Shown piece by piece: positions 26,290 to 35,708 of a stretch of 64,000 bases of DNA. Positions within the stretch are counted from its first letter, which is position 1. Each line of letters starts with the position of its first letter. The stretch lies in IMG/VR virus record IMGVR_UViG_3300042470_001026; one strand, written 5' to 3'. The translations under genes and the position numbers were made by a program. Source of the DNA: an uncultured virus (IMG/VR IMGVR_UViG_3300042470_001026). Lineage: Duplodnaviria; Heunggongvirae; Uroviricota; Caudoviricetes. A model generated the notes under the pieces. It saw only the letters and a program-made list of their open reading frames with translations. It made no database searches and had not been told where the DNA came from.

Positions 26290-27009
26290 ATGGCTAAAGA
26301 AAGTGTAATCGTCTTTGCGGGCGAAGATAAATTTATTGCCAAAAAAGATAGAGACTTCAATAAGCAAACTGGTTTTTCAAACTTGGTTGGTGCTAATGGA
26401 GAGAATGTTGTTCCGCAAGATATTACACCTAATCCACTCACACCTCCTGATAAAGTAGCTCTACCGATTCCCTCTGAAGCAGATTTTTGCAGTAAAGCAC
26501 AGCAATTCATCAGCACAAATGGAAACGGTACTGCAACTCCAGATGAGGTTATGAGGGTCTATGCTGATTTCCAAGCAAATTGTCAAAGACCTCAATCTGA
26601 TGTGGAGCCTTCTTTGCTTACTATTGATTGGGCTACTATTGCTTCTTGTGACGAACTAGCTTCAAAGATTAAAGAATTAGAAGACTTACTTGCTACTTCA
26701 AGAATGCCTCAAGACCAAAGAATTAGGTATGAAGCAGCGTTAGAGAGAGGTCGTATGGCTCAAACGGAAAAATGTGGAGTAACACCTCCCGTTTTGCCTG
26801 AGTTACCCCCACCTCCAACCCCACGTCCCACTCCCACCACTGGGACTGGAGTCGTTCTGAGTGGTTTGGGAACCCCTCCCGTTAGAGGCGGTGGTGCACC
26901 AGCAAGTGGTGGTGGCGAAAAGAAAATAGAAAAAAAGAGTAATTTGTGGATTTGGCTCATTGTAGCAGCGGGAGCTTACTTACTCTTATCAAGCGATAAA
27001 AAGAACTAA
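26290..27009 (+). CDS. Pro-rich protein with Cys-paired helices and C-terminal membrane anchor
   Basis: Four Cys, Pro/Gly linker, LWIWLIVAAGAYLLL tail. Confidence 0.75.
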   Translation: MAKESVIVFAGEDKFIAKKDRDFNKQTGFSNLVGANGENVVPQDITPNPLTPPDKVALPIPSEADFCSKAQQFISTNGNGTATPDEVMRVYADFQANCQRPQSDVEPSLLTIDWATIASCDELASKIKELEDLLATSRMPQDQRIRYEAALERGRMAQTEKCGVTPPVLPELPPPPTPRPTPTTGTGVVLSGLGTPPVRGGGAPASGGGEKKIEKKSNLWIWLIVAAGAYLLLSSDKKN

Positions 27010-27447
27010 ATGAAAGCACCAGCAACAACAGCGGTACCAGAAGTAGCAGCAGCGGGAGCACCAGTGGCTCCGCCAGCACCAGCTGTCCCTCCAGCACCGC
27101 CAGCTATAAGCCCTCAATATACCCCACCACCCTCCAACATGCCTAGTATGGCTGAAGGTGGAGACGTGGGTGGAGCACCAGCAAGGAAGAACCCGTTCAA
27201 AGACTTCTTTTCTGACATTAATGTTGTTGATGTAGCTATTTCAGCATTCATTGTGGGTGCTGTTATTTATTCCATACAATATCATAAGTTTATGATAATG
27301 ATGGAAAAAACTGGTTATGCCGACCTTTCTACCCGTATTAATAGGTTAGAAAACGACATATCAACAGCGAAGAGGAAAGCAGCAACTGAAGCAAACGCAT
27401 CTGGAAGCATGGGAATGCGGAAAAAGCGTGCTTTAGTTACTTTATAA
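27010..27447 (+). CDS. Pro/Ala-rich membrane protein
   Basis: N-terminal Pro/Ala tract ending in MAEGG, central TM, coiled coil. Confidence 0.7.
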   Translation: MKAPATTAVPEVAAAGAPVAPPAPAVPPAPPAISPQYTPPPSNMPSMAEGGDVGGAPARKNPFKDFFSDINVVDVAISAFIVGAVIYSIQYHKFMIMMEKTGYADLSTRINRLENDISTAKRKAATEANASGSMGMRKKRALVTL

Positions 27448-27462
27448 AAAAAACCATAAAAT

Positions 27463-28107
27463 ATGTTAGACTCAATTACTTGGGGTAATCCATCCCAAAA
27501 GCATTTGCCGTACCTAGAGCCAGACAAATCACCTCTGGAAAAACTCATCCCTCAATTAATTAAGTTCACTTTCCCCAAAAACTCTTCAAAAGCGTGCAGA
27601 GAGGAGTTAAACGAGCTAGTTGATTGTGTTGATGCACTCAAAAAAGATGAGCAAGCTCTGAAGCGTTATATGGCTTACGATAAGAGTCTAACACAAGTTA
27701 TGGCTCAAGTAATCATTGAGCAGAATTTGGGTGAAAAAGGGGCTGAAATCATTGATAAGATAATTGACGAGACCCTTCCTCTAATTATGAAGCTCAAATT
27801 TTACTTCCAAAGACCAAGACCCTATCAAATGGCAGAGTATTATAAGCTAAAACTCTTCCCTTTTTATTCTAGGTCAGCAGCTTCTCCTTCCTATCCCTCT
27901 GGACATGCCCTTCAAGCAAGGGTAATTTGCCATGTTTTAGGAAACCACTTCCCTGATAAGTTTGAATATTTTGAAAGTTTAGCCACCGACGTACAGCACA
28001 GCCGAATATATTTAGGTGTTCATTATCCTTCGGATATTGACTACTCTCTGTTTGTAGCTGATACAATCATTCGGGATAAAGAATTTAAGGCTAAATATTC
28101 TCTTTAA
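27463..28107 (+). CDS. PAP2/haloperoxidase-superfamily acid phosphatase
   Basis: KFYFQRPRP, PSYPSGH, SRIYLGVHYPSD. Confidence 0.9.
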   Translation: MLDSITWGNPSQKHLPYLEPDKSPLEKLIPQLIKFTFPKNSSKACREELNELVDCVDALKKDEQALKRYMAYDKSLTQVMAQVIIEQNLGEKGAEIIDKIIDETLPLIMKLKFYFQRPRPYQMAEYYKLKLFPFYSRSAASPSYPSGHALQARVICHVLGNHFPDKFEYFESLATDVQHSRIYLGVHYPSDIDYSLFVADTIIRDKEFKAKYSL

Positions 28108-28508
28108 TGCAGATTCACCTAAAAAATGGAAAAGCCACTTGGAAACAAGACTGGGCTGAAATAGGTGGTAAACGTAATTTTTACCGTAGTCGCTGGGAAT
28201 ATCGCTTTGCCCTATATCTTGAGTTCATGAAAAAGCATGAACATATTCAAGATTGGGAGCATGAGCCTGAAACATTTTGGTTTGAAGGTATAAAGAGAGG
28301 AACAAACAATTATAAACCCGATTTTAAAGTAACATTTCCCTCTAATGCCGTACAGTTCTTTGAAGTAAAAGGGTACATGGATGCCAAAAGCAAAACAAAA
28401 ATAAAGCGGATGGCAAAATATCACCCGAACATAGTATTAAGAATAATTGACAAAACTTGGTTTAAAGACAACGCTGCAACACTTAAAAAAATACTACCAA
28501 ACTGGTAA
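28107..28508 (+). CDS. PD-(D/E)XK endonuclease (DUF1064-like)
   Basis: RSRWE, WEHEP, YKPDF, FEVKG. Confidence 0.8.
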   Translation: MQIHLKNGKATWKQDWAEIGGKRNFYRSRWEYRFALYLEFMKKHEHIQDWEHEPETFWFEGIKRGTNNYKPDFKVTFPSNAVQFFEVKGYMDAKSKTKIKRMAKYHPNIVLRIIDKTWFKDNAATLKKILPNW

Positions 28509-28525
28509 ATTTCAACAGATTTCAA

Positions 28526-28533
28526 TATATTTG
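28526..28533 (+). promoter_or_regulatory. TAnnTTTG promoter element
   Basis: TATATTTG 18 nt upstream of ATG 28552. Confidence 0.4.
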
Positions 28534-28551
28534 GTATGTAAAACATTAGTA

Positions 28552-29001
28552 ATGCAGAACGAATCGTCCGCAATTATTCAAATACTAGAAGAATTAAATA
28601 AGAGCATAGAGGTCAGAGGTTTAAAAGCAACTTCTATGCTTTTAAGACTATATGACCCAAAAGATTTGGGAGACAATTTGAAGGACTATGAAAAATTTAT
28701 ATTAACTGAAGTAGCAAAAGCTTTCAATATTGAGTTTGAAGATTTATTTTTTGGCAGATACAAAAGAGCAAATTATAAATATGCACTTGGACTTTGTGTT
28801 TATTACCTATACAACGTTACAACGCTTGGAGATATTCAAAAGCATATTTTTAAGTATAAGAACAAATCCTTATTAAGTAAATACCGAAGAGAAATAGAAA
28901 ATTTTAAACCAATAGACGAAGAGGATAAAAAATTTATAAAGATTAAAAAAGAACTAGATAAAAAGATTAAAAATTATAACATAGAAGCTAACCATGAGTA
29001 A
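28552..29001 (+). CDS. helical protein, possibly DnaA-C-like DNA binding
   Basis: ATG at 28552 preferred; ILTEVAKAFNIEFEDLF...CVYYL pattern. Confidence 0.55.
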   Translation: MQNESSAIIQILEELNKSIEVRGLKATSMLLRLYDPKDLGDNLKDYEKFILTEVAKAFNIEFEDLFFGRYKRANYKYALGLCVYYLYNVTTLGDIQKHIFKYKNKSLLSKYRREIENFKPIDEEDKKFIKIKKELDKKIKNYNIEANHE

Positions 29002-30127
29002 CACAGAAAATAATCAACAAGAGCAACCGCAACCTCAAGTGGTTCAGGTAAAAAGCTACAATCCCTTTATAGATGTAGTAAATGAAAAGCCGTATACAAC
29101 TATGTCTGTTTCGGCTAATGCCTCCCAAGTAACTAGTCCTATTCCAGAGCCTTCCTATCAGCCAAATGCTGTTAGAGCAAATGAAAACCCTTATAGTATG
29201 CTCAATGAGGGAATGGGTGGCGGAATGGGTGGTAATTCTAGTGCCCCTCCCCCAATCAATCCAGCCCTAAATAATGTTCCAGATTCAGAATTAAAAATGG
29301 GAGCTGAAAACGTGGCTAAATTGATGGTTGATGGCTACGAACAGCTTCATGTTTTTGGAAATAAATGGCTTCAAATTTCTCAAAAAAAATTGAGAAAAAT
29401 GGTGGCCGAAGGCGATATAGACCTATCCGTAGAAATTCCATACGAATATGGTAAAACAATTACTGCTGGTGAGTTTATTCAAGAGTTTAATGAGCAGAAT
29501 AAGGACACCCTGACCGTTTCTAAAGAATTTAAAAAAGAGGTTACACCAGTTCTTACTAGGGTATTACAGAAGAGAGGTGCTGCTATGACCGATGAGCAGT
29601 ATTTAGGATTTTTAATTTTAAAAGATGTAGGTCTAAAAGCAATTATTGTAACACAAGTAAAGTCCTCCATGAACGAAATGCTGAATGTAATTAAAGACTA
29701 CACTCAAGCAATTAGAGAAAGTGGAAACTCTACCCCACCTCCACCGACACAGCCTAGTAGTCCAAAACCAAGCAGACCAACCCCAAGCTCAGAGCCTAAA
29801 TTTGAAGAGCCTGACCATGCTTCTGAAAGGTTCAATTTTGAGGATAATGAAACAGTTATGGCTGCAACTGTTCAAGCTCATAAGGTGCCTGATTCTGGAC
29901 GTGCAAAAGCAATAGCAGCTAGAAAAAAGGATGAGCAAATGAAGGCTGCTTTTGATAAGACACAAGGAGGTAATTCATACGAACAAGCTATGAAGACCAA
30001 AAAGACTGGCAAACGTGGAAGAAAGCCAAAAGATTATCTACAAATGGATGAAGAGCAAATTGCAGAGGCTATTGTTTTAAGAGAAACAAAGGAGGTAGAT
30101 AAGGATAAAATTCAAGGGTTAGATTAA
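28994..30127 (+). CDS. hypothetical protein upstream of the packaging ATPase
   Basis: 377 aa; low-complexity ends, helical core with a weakly hydrophobic segment. Confidence 0.75.
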   Translation: MSNTENNQQEQPQPQVVQVKSYNPFIDVVNEKPYTTMSVSANASQVTSPIPEPSYQPNAVRANENPYSMLNEGMGGGMGGNSSAPPPINPALNNVPDSELKMGAENVAKLMVDGYEQLHVFGNKWLQISQKKLRKMVAEGDIDLSVEIPYEYGKTITAGEFIQEFNEQNKDTLTVSKEFKKEVTPVLTRVLQKRGAAMTDEQYLGFLILKDVGLKAIIVTQVKSSMNEMLNVIKDYTQAIRESGNSTPPPPTQPSSPKPSRPTPSSEPKFEEPDHASERFNFEDNETVMAATVQAHKVPDSGRAKAIAARKKDEQMKAAFDKTQGGNSYEQAMKTKKTGKRGRKPKDYLQMDEEQIAEAIVLRETKEVDKDKIQGLD

Positions 30128-30137
30128 ATAGAATTTT

Positions 30138-30548
30138 ATGATAAAAGAATTAGAAGAGGTATATGAATTTCTAAAAGTTAATTACCGATACGGTAATGAA
30201 ATGTGTGAAATTTCAGAGCCTAATCAATGGGAAGATAAGCCCTACGTTGCGTGTGATGAAAAAATAATTAATTACGAAGACGGATATTATCACATATCTG
30301 ACTTATACAATATCCATCAAACGCTACGGTTTAAAACTAAAACGGAGGTATTAGAATTTTTTAATGGGCACAGTGAGGGGTATCAGTTTTATTTTAAAAA
30401 CCCAGACGATATTGCTTTTTCTATTGGTAAATTAACAACTATTATTAATTTAATGGGTAATAAAGAAACGCAAGAAGCTTTTAAAAATGCGATTTCTCCG
30501 CTACAAAAAAATTACAATTTAGAAAATGCCGATGCGGATAAAGAGTAA
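30138..30548 (+). CDS. hypothetical protein
   Basis: 136-aa ORF in operon. Confidence 0.65.
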   Translation: MIKELEEVYEFLKVNYRYGNEMCEISEPNQWEDKPYVACDEKIINYEDGYYHISDLYNIHQTLRFKTKTEVLEFFNGHSEGYQFYFKNPDDIAFSIGKLTTIINLMGNKETQEAFKNAISPLQKNYNLENADADKE

Positions 30549-30858
30549 AGAATGGCTTGCCTTCAAAGAGCAATTTTTAAGCATGCTTTCTGTTCTGGGA
30601 GATGAGACAGAGAATTTTGATTTTCCAGAAGACCCAGAAAACTTTGAAATATTTGTTCGTGATTGTGAGGTGCATCCCACATTTATGAAAAAACAAGATA
30701 CTTTTAAGGTGGATTATGATTTTACATTATGTGAAACAAAAATCAGAACTTTATCTTTTTCAATATTCCGTGATTCGGCAAGAATTGAAATGACTCTAAA
30801 GTCTGGAGAATTAAAAATTGACGAAGAAAAAGTAACATGGCAAGAGAACCCTTATTGA
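30526..30858 (+). CDS. hypothetical protein
   Basis: 110-aa ORF in operon. Confidence 0.65.
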   Translation: MPMRIKSKEWLAFKEQFLSMLSVLGDETENFDFPEDPENFEIFVRDCEVHPTFMKKQDTFKVDYDFTLCETKIRTLSFSIFRDSARIEMTLKSGELKIDEEKVTWQENPY

Positions 30859-31655
30859 TGGCAGCTTGCGGTAAGAAAGGAGTAGGTAAGAGCTATCAAC
30901 ACATGATTTTAATGAATGGATATGTGATGGGAGACCCGTATAAGGGTGTGCGTGGTAGAAAATCGTTAATTATGGACGTTAACGATGAATATGGGGTTTA
31001 TGGAGTGCCAGCCTTATCTCTCAATGACGTTCCTCTTTATACGGTGCATCCTCAAGTAGAAATTCGTAGAATTAGACCCTTTCATCCAGACGGACGTAGA
31101 ATGACACTAGATGAATGGGCAAATGCTCTTTTTTACGTTTTAAATAGGTTCCAGAACGGTCTTTTATTAATTGAGGACATTAACAAGTTTATTGGAGACC
31201 ATCTTCCGCATGATTTGGTAGGAGCAATTGCAACAAACCGTCACGCGGGATTAGACATTATTCTTTCGTATCAATCACTTGGTCGTATTAATACCAAAAT
31301 TTGGGGTAATATGAACTTGATGAGATTTCATAAAAACGTAGAGAGCGTAGAGAGACACAAGAATAAATTTCCCGATAAATACGAAATGATGCGTATTGCA
31401 GAGATTATCGTTAACAACGAATATCATAAGGGGAATAATCGTTTCTTCTTATATGTGGACATGGATGAAGAAAAAATAAGAGGAGAATTGATTCAAGACC
31501 AAATACTTTCGGGAATTGAGCAATATGTTAACGAAAAGCATAATGACCTTTTAAAATCTTATTTAGTTCAAAGAGAAAACGGCAAGAAGAAACATAATGC
31601 AGAAACAGCTAAAGCAGAGGTTATGAGCCGTTTACAAGCACAATATTTTCAATAG
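30837..31655 (+). CDS. FtsK-HerA superfamily genome-packaging ATPase (A32/P9/B204-like)
   Basis: N-terminal Walker A GKKGVGKS, LIMDVNDEY, Walker B LLLIED, arginine finger NRH followed by hydrophobic strand and Gln (IILSYQ); 272 aa with no nuclease domain. Confidence 0.8.
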   Translation: MAREPLLMAACGKKGVGKSYQHMILMNGYVMGDPYKGVRGRKSLIMDVNDEYGVYGVPALSLNDVPLYTVHPQVEIRRIRPFHPDGRRMTLDEWANALFYVLNRFQNGLLLIEDINKFIGDHLPHDLVGAIATNRHAGLDIILSYQSLGRINTKIWGNMNLMRFHKNVESVERHKNKFPDKYEMMRIAEIIVNNEYHKGNNRFFLYVDMDEEKIRGELIQDQILSGIEQYVNEKHNDLLKSYLVQRENGKKKHNAETAKAEVMSRLQAQYFQ

Positions 31656-31680
31656 ATTTTCCTGACCTACCCTCAAAACC

Positions 31681-31710
31681 GCCCCCTTCTCTCTAGTTGG
31701 GGGCTTTTTT
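31681..31710 (+). terminator. intrinsic terminator
   Basis: GCCCCC...GGGGGC followed by TTTTTT. Confidence 0.75.
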
Positions 31711-31871
31711 ATTGTATTTTATACACAAATTCAACATATACAAAGGTGTAAAAGAAAGTCAAAAAAAAATACTTGAAAAAGTATGCACTGTATTGAAAAC
31801 GAATACTAAATTTACAACGCCTTGATTCTGTAATCGGGCAAAACAAAATTTTTAACCCAAATTCGTTCAAA

Positions 31872-31979
31872 ATGAACTTTAAGAAAATTGTTGGAGACGT
31901 TTTAGTAGTTACCGCTGGTGTAGCTCTTTACATGCTGGCTGTGAAGCCAATGCTTGATAAAGCTAAAATCGGTAGCTAA
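31872..31979 (+). CDS. 35-aa membrane peptide preceding the capsid candidate
   Basis: MNFKKIVGDVLVVTAGVALYMLAVKPMLDKAKIGS*. Confidence 0.75.
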   Translation: MNFKKIVGDVLVVTAGVALYMLAVKPMLDKAKIGS

Positions 31980-32038
31980 TTAGAAGACATTGAATTGGTT
32001 TTGTAATCAAATTCATCTAAAATTTAAAATTCAGTAAA

Positions 32039-32743
32039 ATGAGTTCAATCCAACGCTATCTTCAAATGGCGAATCGTTCTGTGAACGAACAGTTTGTCGG
32101 TGTAGACGGCTTTATTGATGATGATATGTATTTTGCTGGTGACATGAATACATTTTTTGGTGCTGATGGAGAAGCTAATGCTGCTCCCGTTGCTGCACCA
32201 TCTGTTATGCGTTCCCAGCCTTACATTATCACCGTTTCTAATGCTTCTAACGCTGCCGTTACAATTGATATTTTCGGTGCATACATTTATTTAAACAACG
32301 CTGGCTTTAATGCTGGTACTTTAACTGTAAGCAACGTAACTATCACTTCTAACCTTTCTAACGTTACCTACTTCAACCTCTTGAACCAGTCTAGCATCAG
32401 CCCTTTCACAATCGGAAGCACGCTGATTAGCTCTGTAAATGGTACTACAAGCCAAGTGCTTCAGCCAATTACATTGACTACTCAAGATGCAAACGGTAAC
32501 CAAGCGGTGAAAATCTTAACACCAGTAGTTGACCCTTATCAGAATCAGTCTGGTATCGTTGACCTGAAGCAACCATTTAGAGTTGACGGCTTCACAAGGC
32601 TGACATTCCAAATCTTCGCTTCTTCCAGCGTTCAGTTCCAGTTCTATCCTTCTGATACAATCAACGTTGCACGTGGATTGGGTGGTAACCCAGTTAGCAA
32701 GCAATTTGGTAGTCCAAGGATTATCAGACCAGCTGCACGCTAA
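32039..32743 (+). CDS. candidate major capsid protein (putative single jelly-roll with N-terminal leader)
   Basis: Beta-strand-rich core of about 175 aa, acidic leader, C-ending codons (TTC/AAC/ATC) suggestive of high expression, own terminator-bounded unit just after the packaging ATPase. Confidence 0.6.
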   Translation: MSSIQRYLQMANRSVNEQFVGVDGFIDDDMYFAGDMNTFFGADGEANAAPVAAPSVMRSQPYIITVSNASNAAVTIDIFGAYIYLNNAGFNAGTLTVSNVTITSNLSNVTYFNLLNQSSISPFTIGSTLISSVNGTTSQVLQPITLTTQDANGNQAVKILTPVVDPYQNQSGIVDLKQPFRVDGFTRLTFQIFASSSVQFQFYPSDTINVARGLGGNPVSKQFGSPRIIRPAAR

Positions 32744-32760
32744 TTTTAGCGGAAAATAAA

Positions 32761-32802
32761 AAAGGGGCTGAAGCGGGAATTTCTCTTGCTTCGCCCTTTT
32801 TT
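32761..32802 (+). terminator. intrinsic terminator after the capsid candidate
   Basis: AAAGGGGC-T-GAAGC...GCTTC-GCCC followed by TTTTTT. Confidence 0.75.
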
Positions 32803-32815
32803 ACATTTAAATAGT

Positions 32816-32823
32816 TAAATTTG
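32816..32823 (+). promoter_or_regulatory. TAnnTTTG element (possibly a leaderless transcript)
   Basis: TAAATTTG 4 nt before ATG 32828. Confidence 0.35.
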
Positions 32824-32827
32824 TTGT

Positions 32828-33235
32828 ATGTCAAATTCAAGAGTAAACTTATATAGCTATACTGCTGCTTCAAATCCTTACTTTGTTAAATCACTTGCCC
32901 ATAAATATGGGTATGAGTTTGATAAGGAACAAGGGTTAGCATCTGTATTACAACAACTTGTAAGCTATGAAGGTGAGCCAGTTTTGATGGAGATTATTGA
33001 AAATAATCCCGATAAAGACCTCTTTATGGAATACTACGAAAAGAAGTTTTCCAAAAAAGAAGAGGAAAAGAAATTAGCACAGCCAACTGAACTTGCTTCT
33101 TATATGAACTTTACTGGTCAGCTTGCTGCTGTGCAACAACTTCAGGAAAATAAAAAAATTACTACAGAGACTAGCTTGATGGTTCTTGCTGGTGCTGTTT
33201 TGATTGCGTTTGCAATCGTAACTACAAAAAAATAA
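32828..33235 (+). CDS. C-anchored membrane protein (putative virion)
   Basis: C-terminal TM followed by KK; YMNFTG motif. Confidence 0.75.
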   Translation: MSNSRVNLYSYTAASNPYFVKSLAHKYGYEFDKEQGLASVLQQLVSYEGEPVLMEIIENNPDKDLFMEYYEKKFSKKEEEKKLAQPTELASYMNFTGQLAAVQQLQENKKITTETSLMVLAGAVLIAFAIVTTKK

Positions 33236-33238
33236 ACT

Positions 33239-33973
33239 ATGGCTTTAGATGCTTTAGAGATAACAAGAAGCTTATTAGCGTATCAAGTTGTAAATGATAA
33301 GGGTTCTTTAGTTCGTCTTTTAAAAAGAAATGGAGTAGACGTGCCCGAAAACGCTAGTGATACAGAATTAACTTCTGCTGCATTATTTGCTTCAGGGAAA
33401 AGTGCAAATTTCAAAAAAGAATTAGCTGCACTTTTATCAGGGAATGCAAAAACTGCTGGAGATAATTTCTCTTCTTTTGTTGGTCAAGAAATGGGATTTA
33501 CTGGGCTTGACGATTTTTCCTTCACTGGCATGGAAGGGTTTGAAAATCAAACTGGAAATCTTCCAAGAACAACATCAGGGGTAAGAACTTCTGCTATTCC
33601 AGCTATAAAGCCAGTTGCAGTACCCACCGCAGCCCTAACTCCCAAGACGGGAGCTGCTGCACCAAAAGGTAAAACTGGTGCTGGTAAAGTTCTTTCTTCA
33701 ATTAGAAAATTTTTAAAAGAAAATGTACTTACAAAAGAAAACGTTGATAGTGCCGTTCAAATAGGACTTACAAAAATTAATACTCAAACCCAGAACAAGG
33801 CTAATAGAATAGCTCAAGAGGGTATTGTTATCCAGCAATATCAAGATGACATCAGAAATCAGCAAGGTTCAAAAGGGAAAGCTGGTTTAAGTACTGGTGC
33901 TTGGATTGGTATAGGATTGGGTGTAGCTGCGATTGTAGGTATCGCAATTTATTTTTCAACTAGAAAAAAATAA
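33239..33973 (+). CDS. C-anchored membrane protein with FxG repeats (putative virion)
   Basis: SSFVG..GFTG..SFTG; C-terminal TM followed by RKK. Confidence 0.75.
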   Translation: MALDALEITRSLLAYQVVNDKGSLVRLLKRNGVDVPENASDTELTSAALFASGKSANFKKELAALLSGNAKTAGDNFSSFVGQEMGFTGLDDFSFTGMEGFENQTGNLPRTTSGVRTSAIPAIKPVAVPTAALTPKTGAAAPKGKTGAGKVLSSIRKFLKENVLTKENVDSAVQIGLTKINTQTQNKANRIAQEGIVIQQYQDDIRNQQGSKGKAGLSTGAWIGIGLGVAAIVGIAIYFSTRKK

Positions 33974-33976
33974 AAA

Positions 33977-34435
33977 ATGAAATCAAGAGATATTTTACTC
34001 ATTGCAGCGATAGGTCTAGCAGCTTATTATTTACTTATGGGTAAGAAAAAGCCCTTAAAGAAAGAAGACATGCCAGCTGGTAAAGGTGGCTCTGCTGCTC
34101 CCGTATTTAAAGGGGGTTTTGTTCCTTCATACCAACCCAGACCATTTACTCCAGTTACAGTTGACGATTTAAGCAAGAAAGTAAAGCCAGCTTTTGTAAA
34201 GACTGATTATGTAATGCCTGACATTGTGAGGCCCGCTTATAAAGAGCCTATTCAAATGCCAGCTCTTAATCTTGTTCCAGATATTTATGATAGAGGTGTG
34301 AATCAGCCTCTACCAAACAAAGATGCATATTACGCAAGTTTTGCTGGTCAATGTAGCGAGGACATGCAGACTGCTTGTGCATGTGCTTCTGCAAGAAAAG
34401 AAAAATTTAGTATAGACATTCCAAAACTACCATAA
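33977..34435 (+). CDS. N-anchored membrane protein
   Basis: N-terminal TM followed by KKK; YYASFAG then a Cys cluster. Confidence 0.7.
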   Translation: MKSRDILLIAAIGLAAYYLLMGKKKPLKKEDMPAGKGGSAAPVFKGGFVPSYQPRPFTPVTVDDLSKKVKPAFVKTDYVMPDIVRPAYKEPIQMPALNLVPDIYDRGVNQPLPNKDAYYASFAGQCSEDMQTACACASARKEKFSIDIPKLP

Positions 34436-34662
34436 TGTCAGAGGCAAAAGAAATACTAGACAAATTAAAAAGTTTAAAGTCAACCTCTACTTCTATGGAA
34501 ATGAAAAGAAGAAAAGGTTTGATTAACGGAGGTTTGATTGGACTTGCTGGTGGAGTACTTATTGGACTTACCAGAAACTACAATCTTGTTTCTTCAGCTG
34601 TAGTAGGTGCACTTATTGGAGGTTTAGTTACCTCTGTAATCCTTCCAAAATCCGATGACTAA
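34435..34662 (+). CDS. glycine-zipper 2-TM membrane protein
   Basis: GGLIGLAGGVLIG and AVVGALIGGLV. Confidence 0.75.
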   Translation: MSEAKEILDKLKSLKSTSTSMEMKRRKGLINGGLIGLAGGVLIGLTRNYNLVSSAVVGALIGGLVTSVILPKSDD

Positions 34663-35108
34663 TGGCAAAGAATACCACAAAAATAATTGCTGGAGCACTT
34701 GCAGTCGTAGGTGCTTATTTTGTTTTTAAATATTTTCAAAAACCAAAAACAAAGACAGCCGAACCTCAAAAGGGCAAGACTGACGTAACTACCACGCCTA
34801 CCCCCACACCCAAACCAAGTGCTGGATATCCTCTTAAAAATGGTAGCTCTGGTAGACTAGTTTCTTCTGTACAACAGTGGATTTTAAAAATTGACCCAAC
34901 TCTTCTTCCAAAATTTGGAGCAGATGGTAAGTTTGGACGTGAAACTGAAGATGCTTTACAAAAACTAATTGGTAAAAAAACAATTGATTCTAATTCAGAT
35001 ATTGATAAACTTATTCTGAAATATAATCAGAAAAGATTCCCCATGGTGGCAGCCCCAAGTGGTGATGTAACGACTCCACCAGTATTTAAACCTTTCGGAA
35101 CATTTTAA
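34662..35108 (+). CDS. N-anchored peptidoglycan-binding (PG_binding_1-like) protein
   Basis: TM, Pro/Thr linker, PLKNGSSG..V..VQ.....ADGKFGRETEDAL. Confidence 0.8.
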   Translation: MAKNTTKIIAGALAVVGAYFVFKYFQKPKTKTAEPQKGKTDVTTTPTPTPKPSAGYPLKNGSSGRLVSSVQQWILKIDPTLLPKFGADGKFGRETEDALQKLIGKKTIDSNSDIDKLILKYNQKRFPMVAAPSGDVTTPPVFKPFGTF

Positions 35109-35126
35109 ACAAAAAACAACCATAAA

Positions 35127-35417
35127 ATGCAAAATTCGGTTAAAGAAAAAGATTTAACTGCAAACCAATTGTATAAAGAGTATAAAGATGAAGGAGGAAC
35201 TTTAAAATTTTCAGACTGGCTGACACGGGAAAAAACTAAAGGAATTTTTCCGTTGAACAGCAACTTGAATGAAGAAGTTCAAAAAACTCTTAAAACAGTA
35301 AAAGAAGAAGAAATGAAAAAAACTTATTTAGGATTCCCAGTATCTACTTTGCTTATTGCGGGTGGAGTAATTATATTGGCTGTAGTTGCAGCAAAAATGT
35401 TTAATAAGAAAAAGTAA
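35127..35417 (+). CDS. C-anchored membrane protein
   Basis: C-terminal TM followed by KKK. Confidence 0.75.
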   Translation: MQNSVKEKDLTANQLYKEYKDEGGTLKFSDWLTREKTKGIFPLNSNLNEEVQKTLKTVKEEEMKKTYLGFPVSTLLIAGGVIILAVVAAKMFNKKK

Positions 35418-35422
35418 TTATC

Positions 35423-35707
35423 ATGAAGTATGGTCAATTCTTTGTTGGTCTTTTAGTAGGTGCCGTAGCTATGCACGTTTTACACAAAATGGGCTATATG
35501 TCAAATAAGCCTAAAAACACTCAAGACGTAGTTGGCGAAGTAAAAGATGAGGAAGAAAAAAACTATTCCAACCCGATTAGAAAAAAATATGATATCGTAT
35601 TGAAGCCGAATAAATACACTAAAGAGGTTGTACAAAAGGCAAAAACCCTTACCAAAGGACGTTATGAGGTTGATTTAAATAAAATAAAAGACCCCGTATT
35701 AATTTAA
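35423..35707 (+). CDS. N-anchored membrane protein
   Basis: N-terminal TM, charged tail. Confidence 0.7.
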   Translation: MKYGQFFVGLLVGAVAMHVLHKMGYMSNKPKNTQDVVGEVKDEEEKNYSNPIRKKYDIVLKPNKYTKEVVQKAKTLTKGRYEVDLNKIKDPVLI

Positions 35708-35708
35708 T

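Noticed and set aside
30837..31655. Terminase large subunit or conjugative VirB4
   Set aside because: The protein is too short, has no nuclease domain and no T4SS neighbours; motif order fits small FtsK-HerA packaging ATPases.
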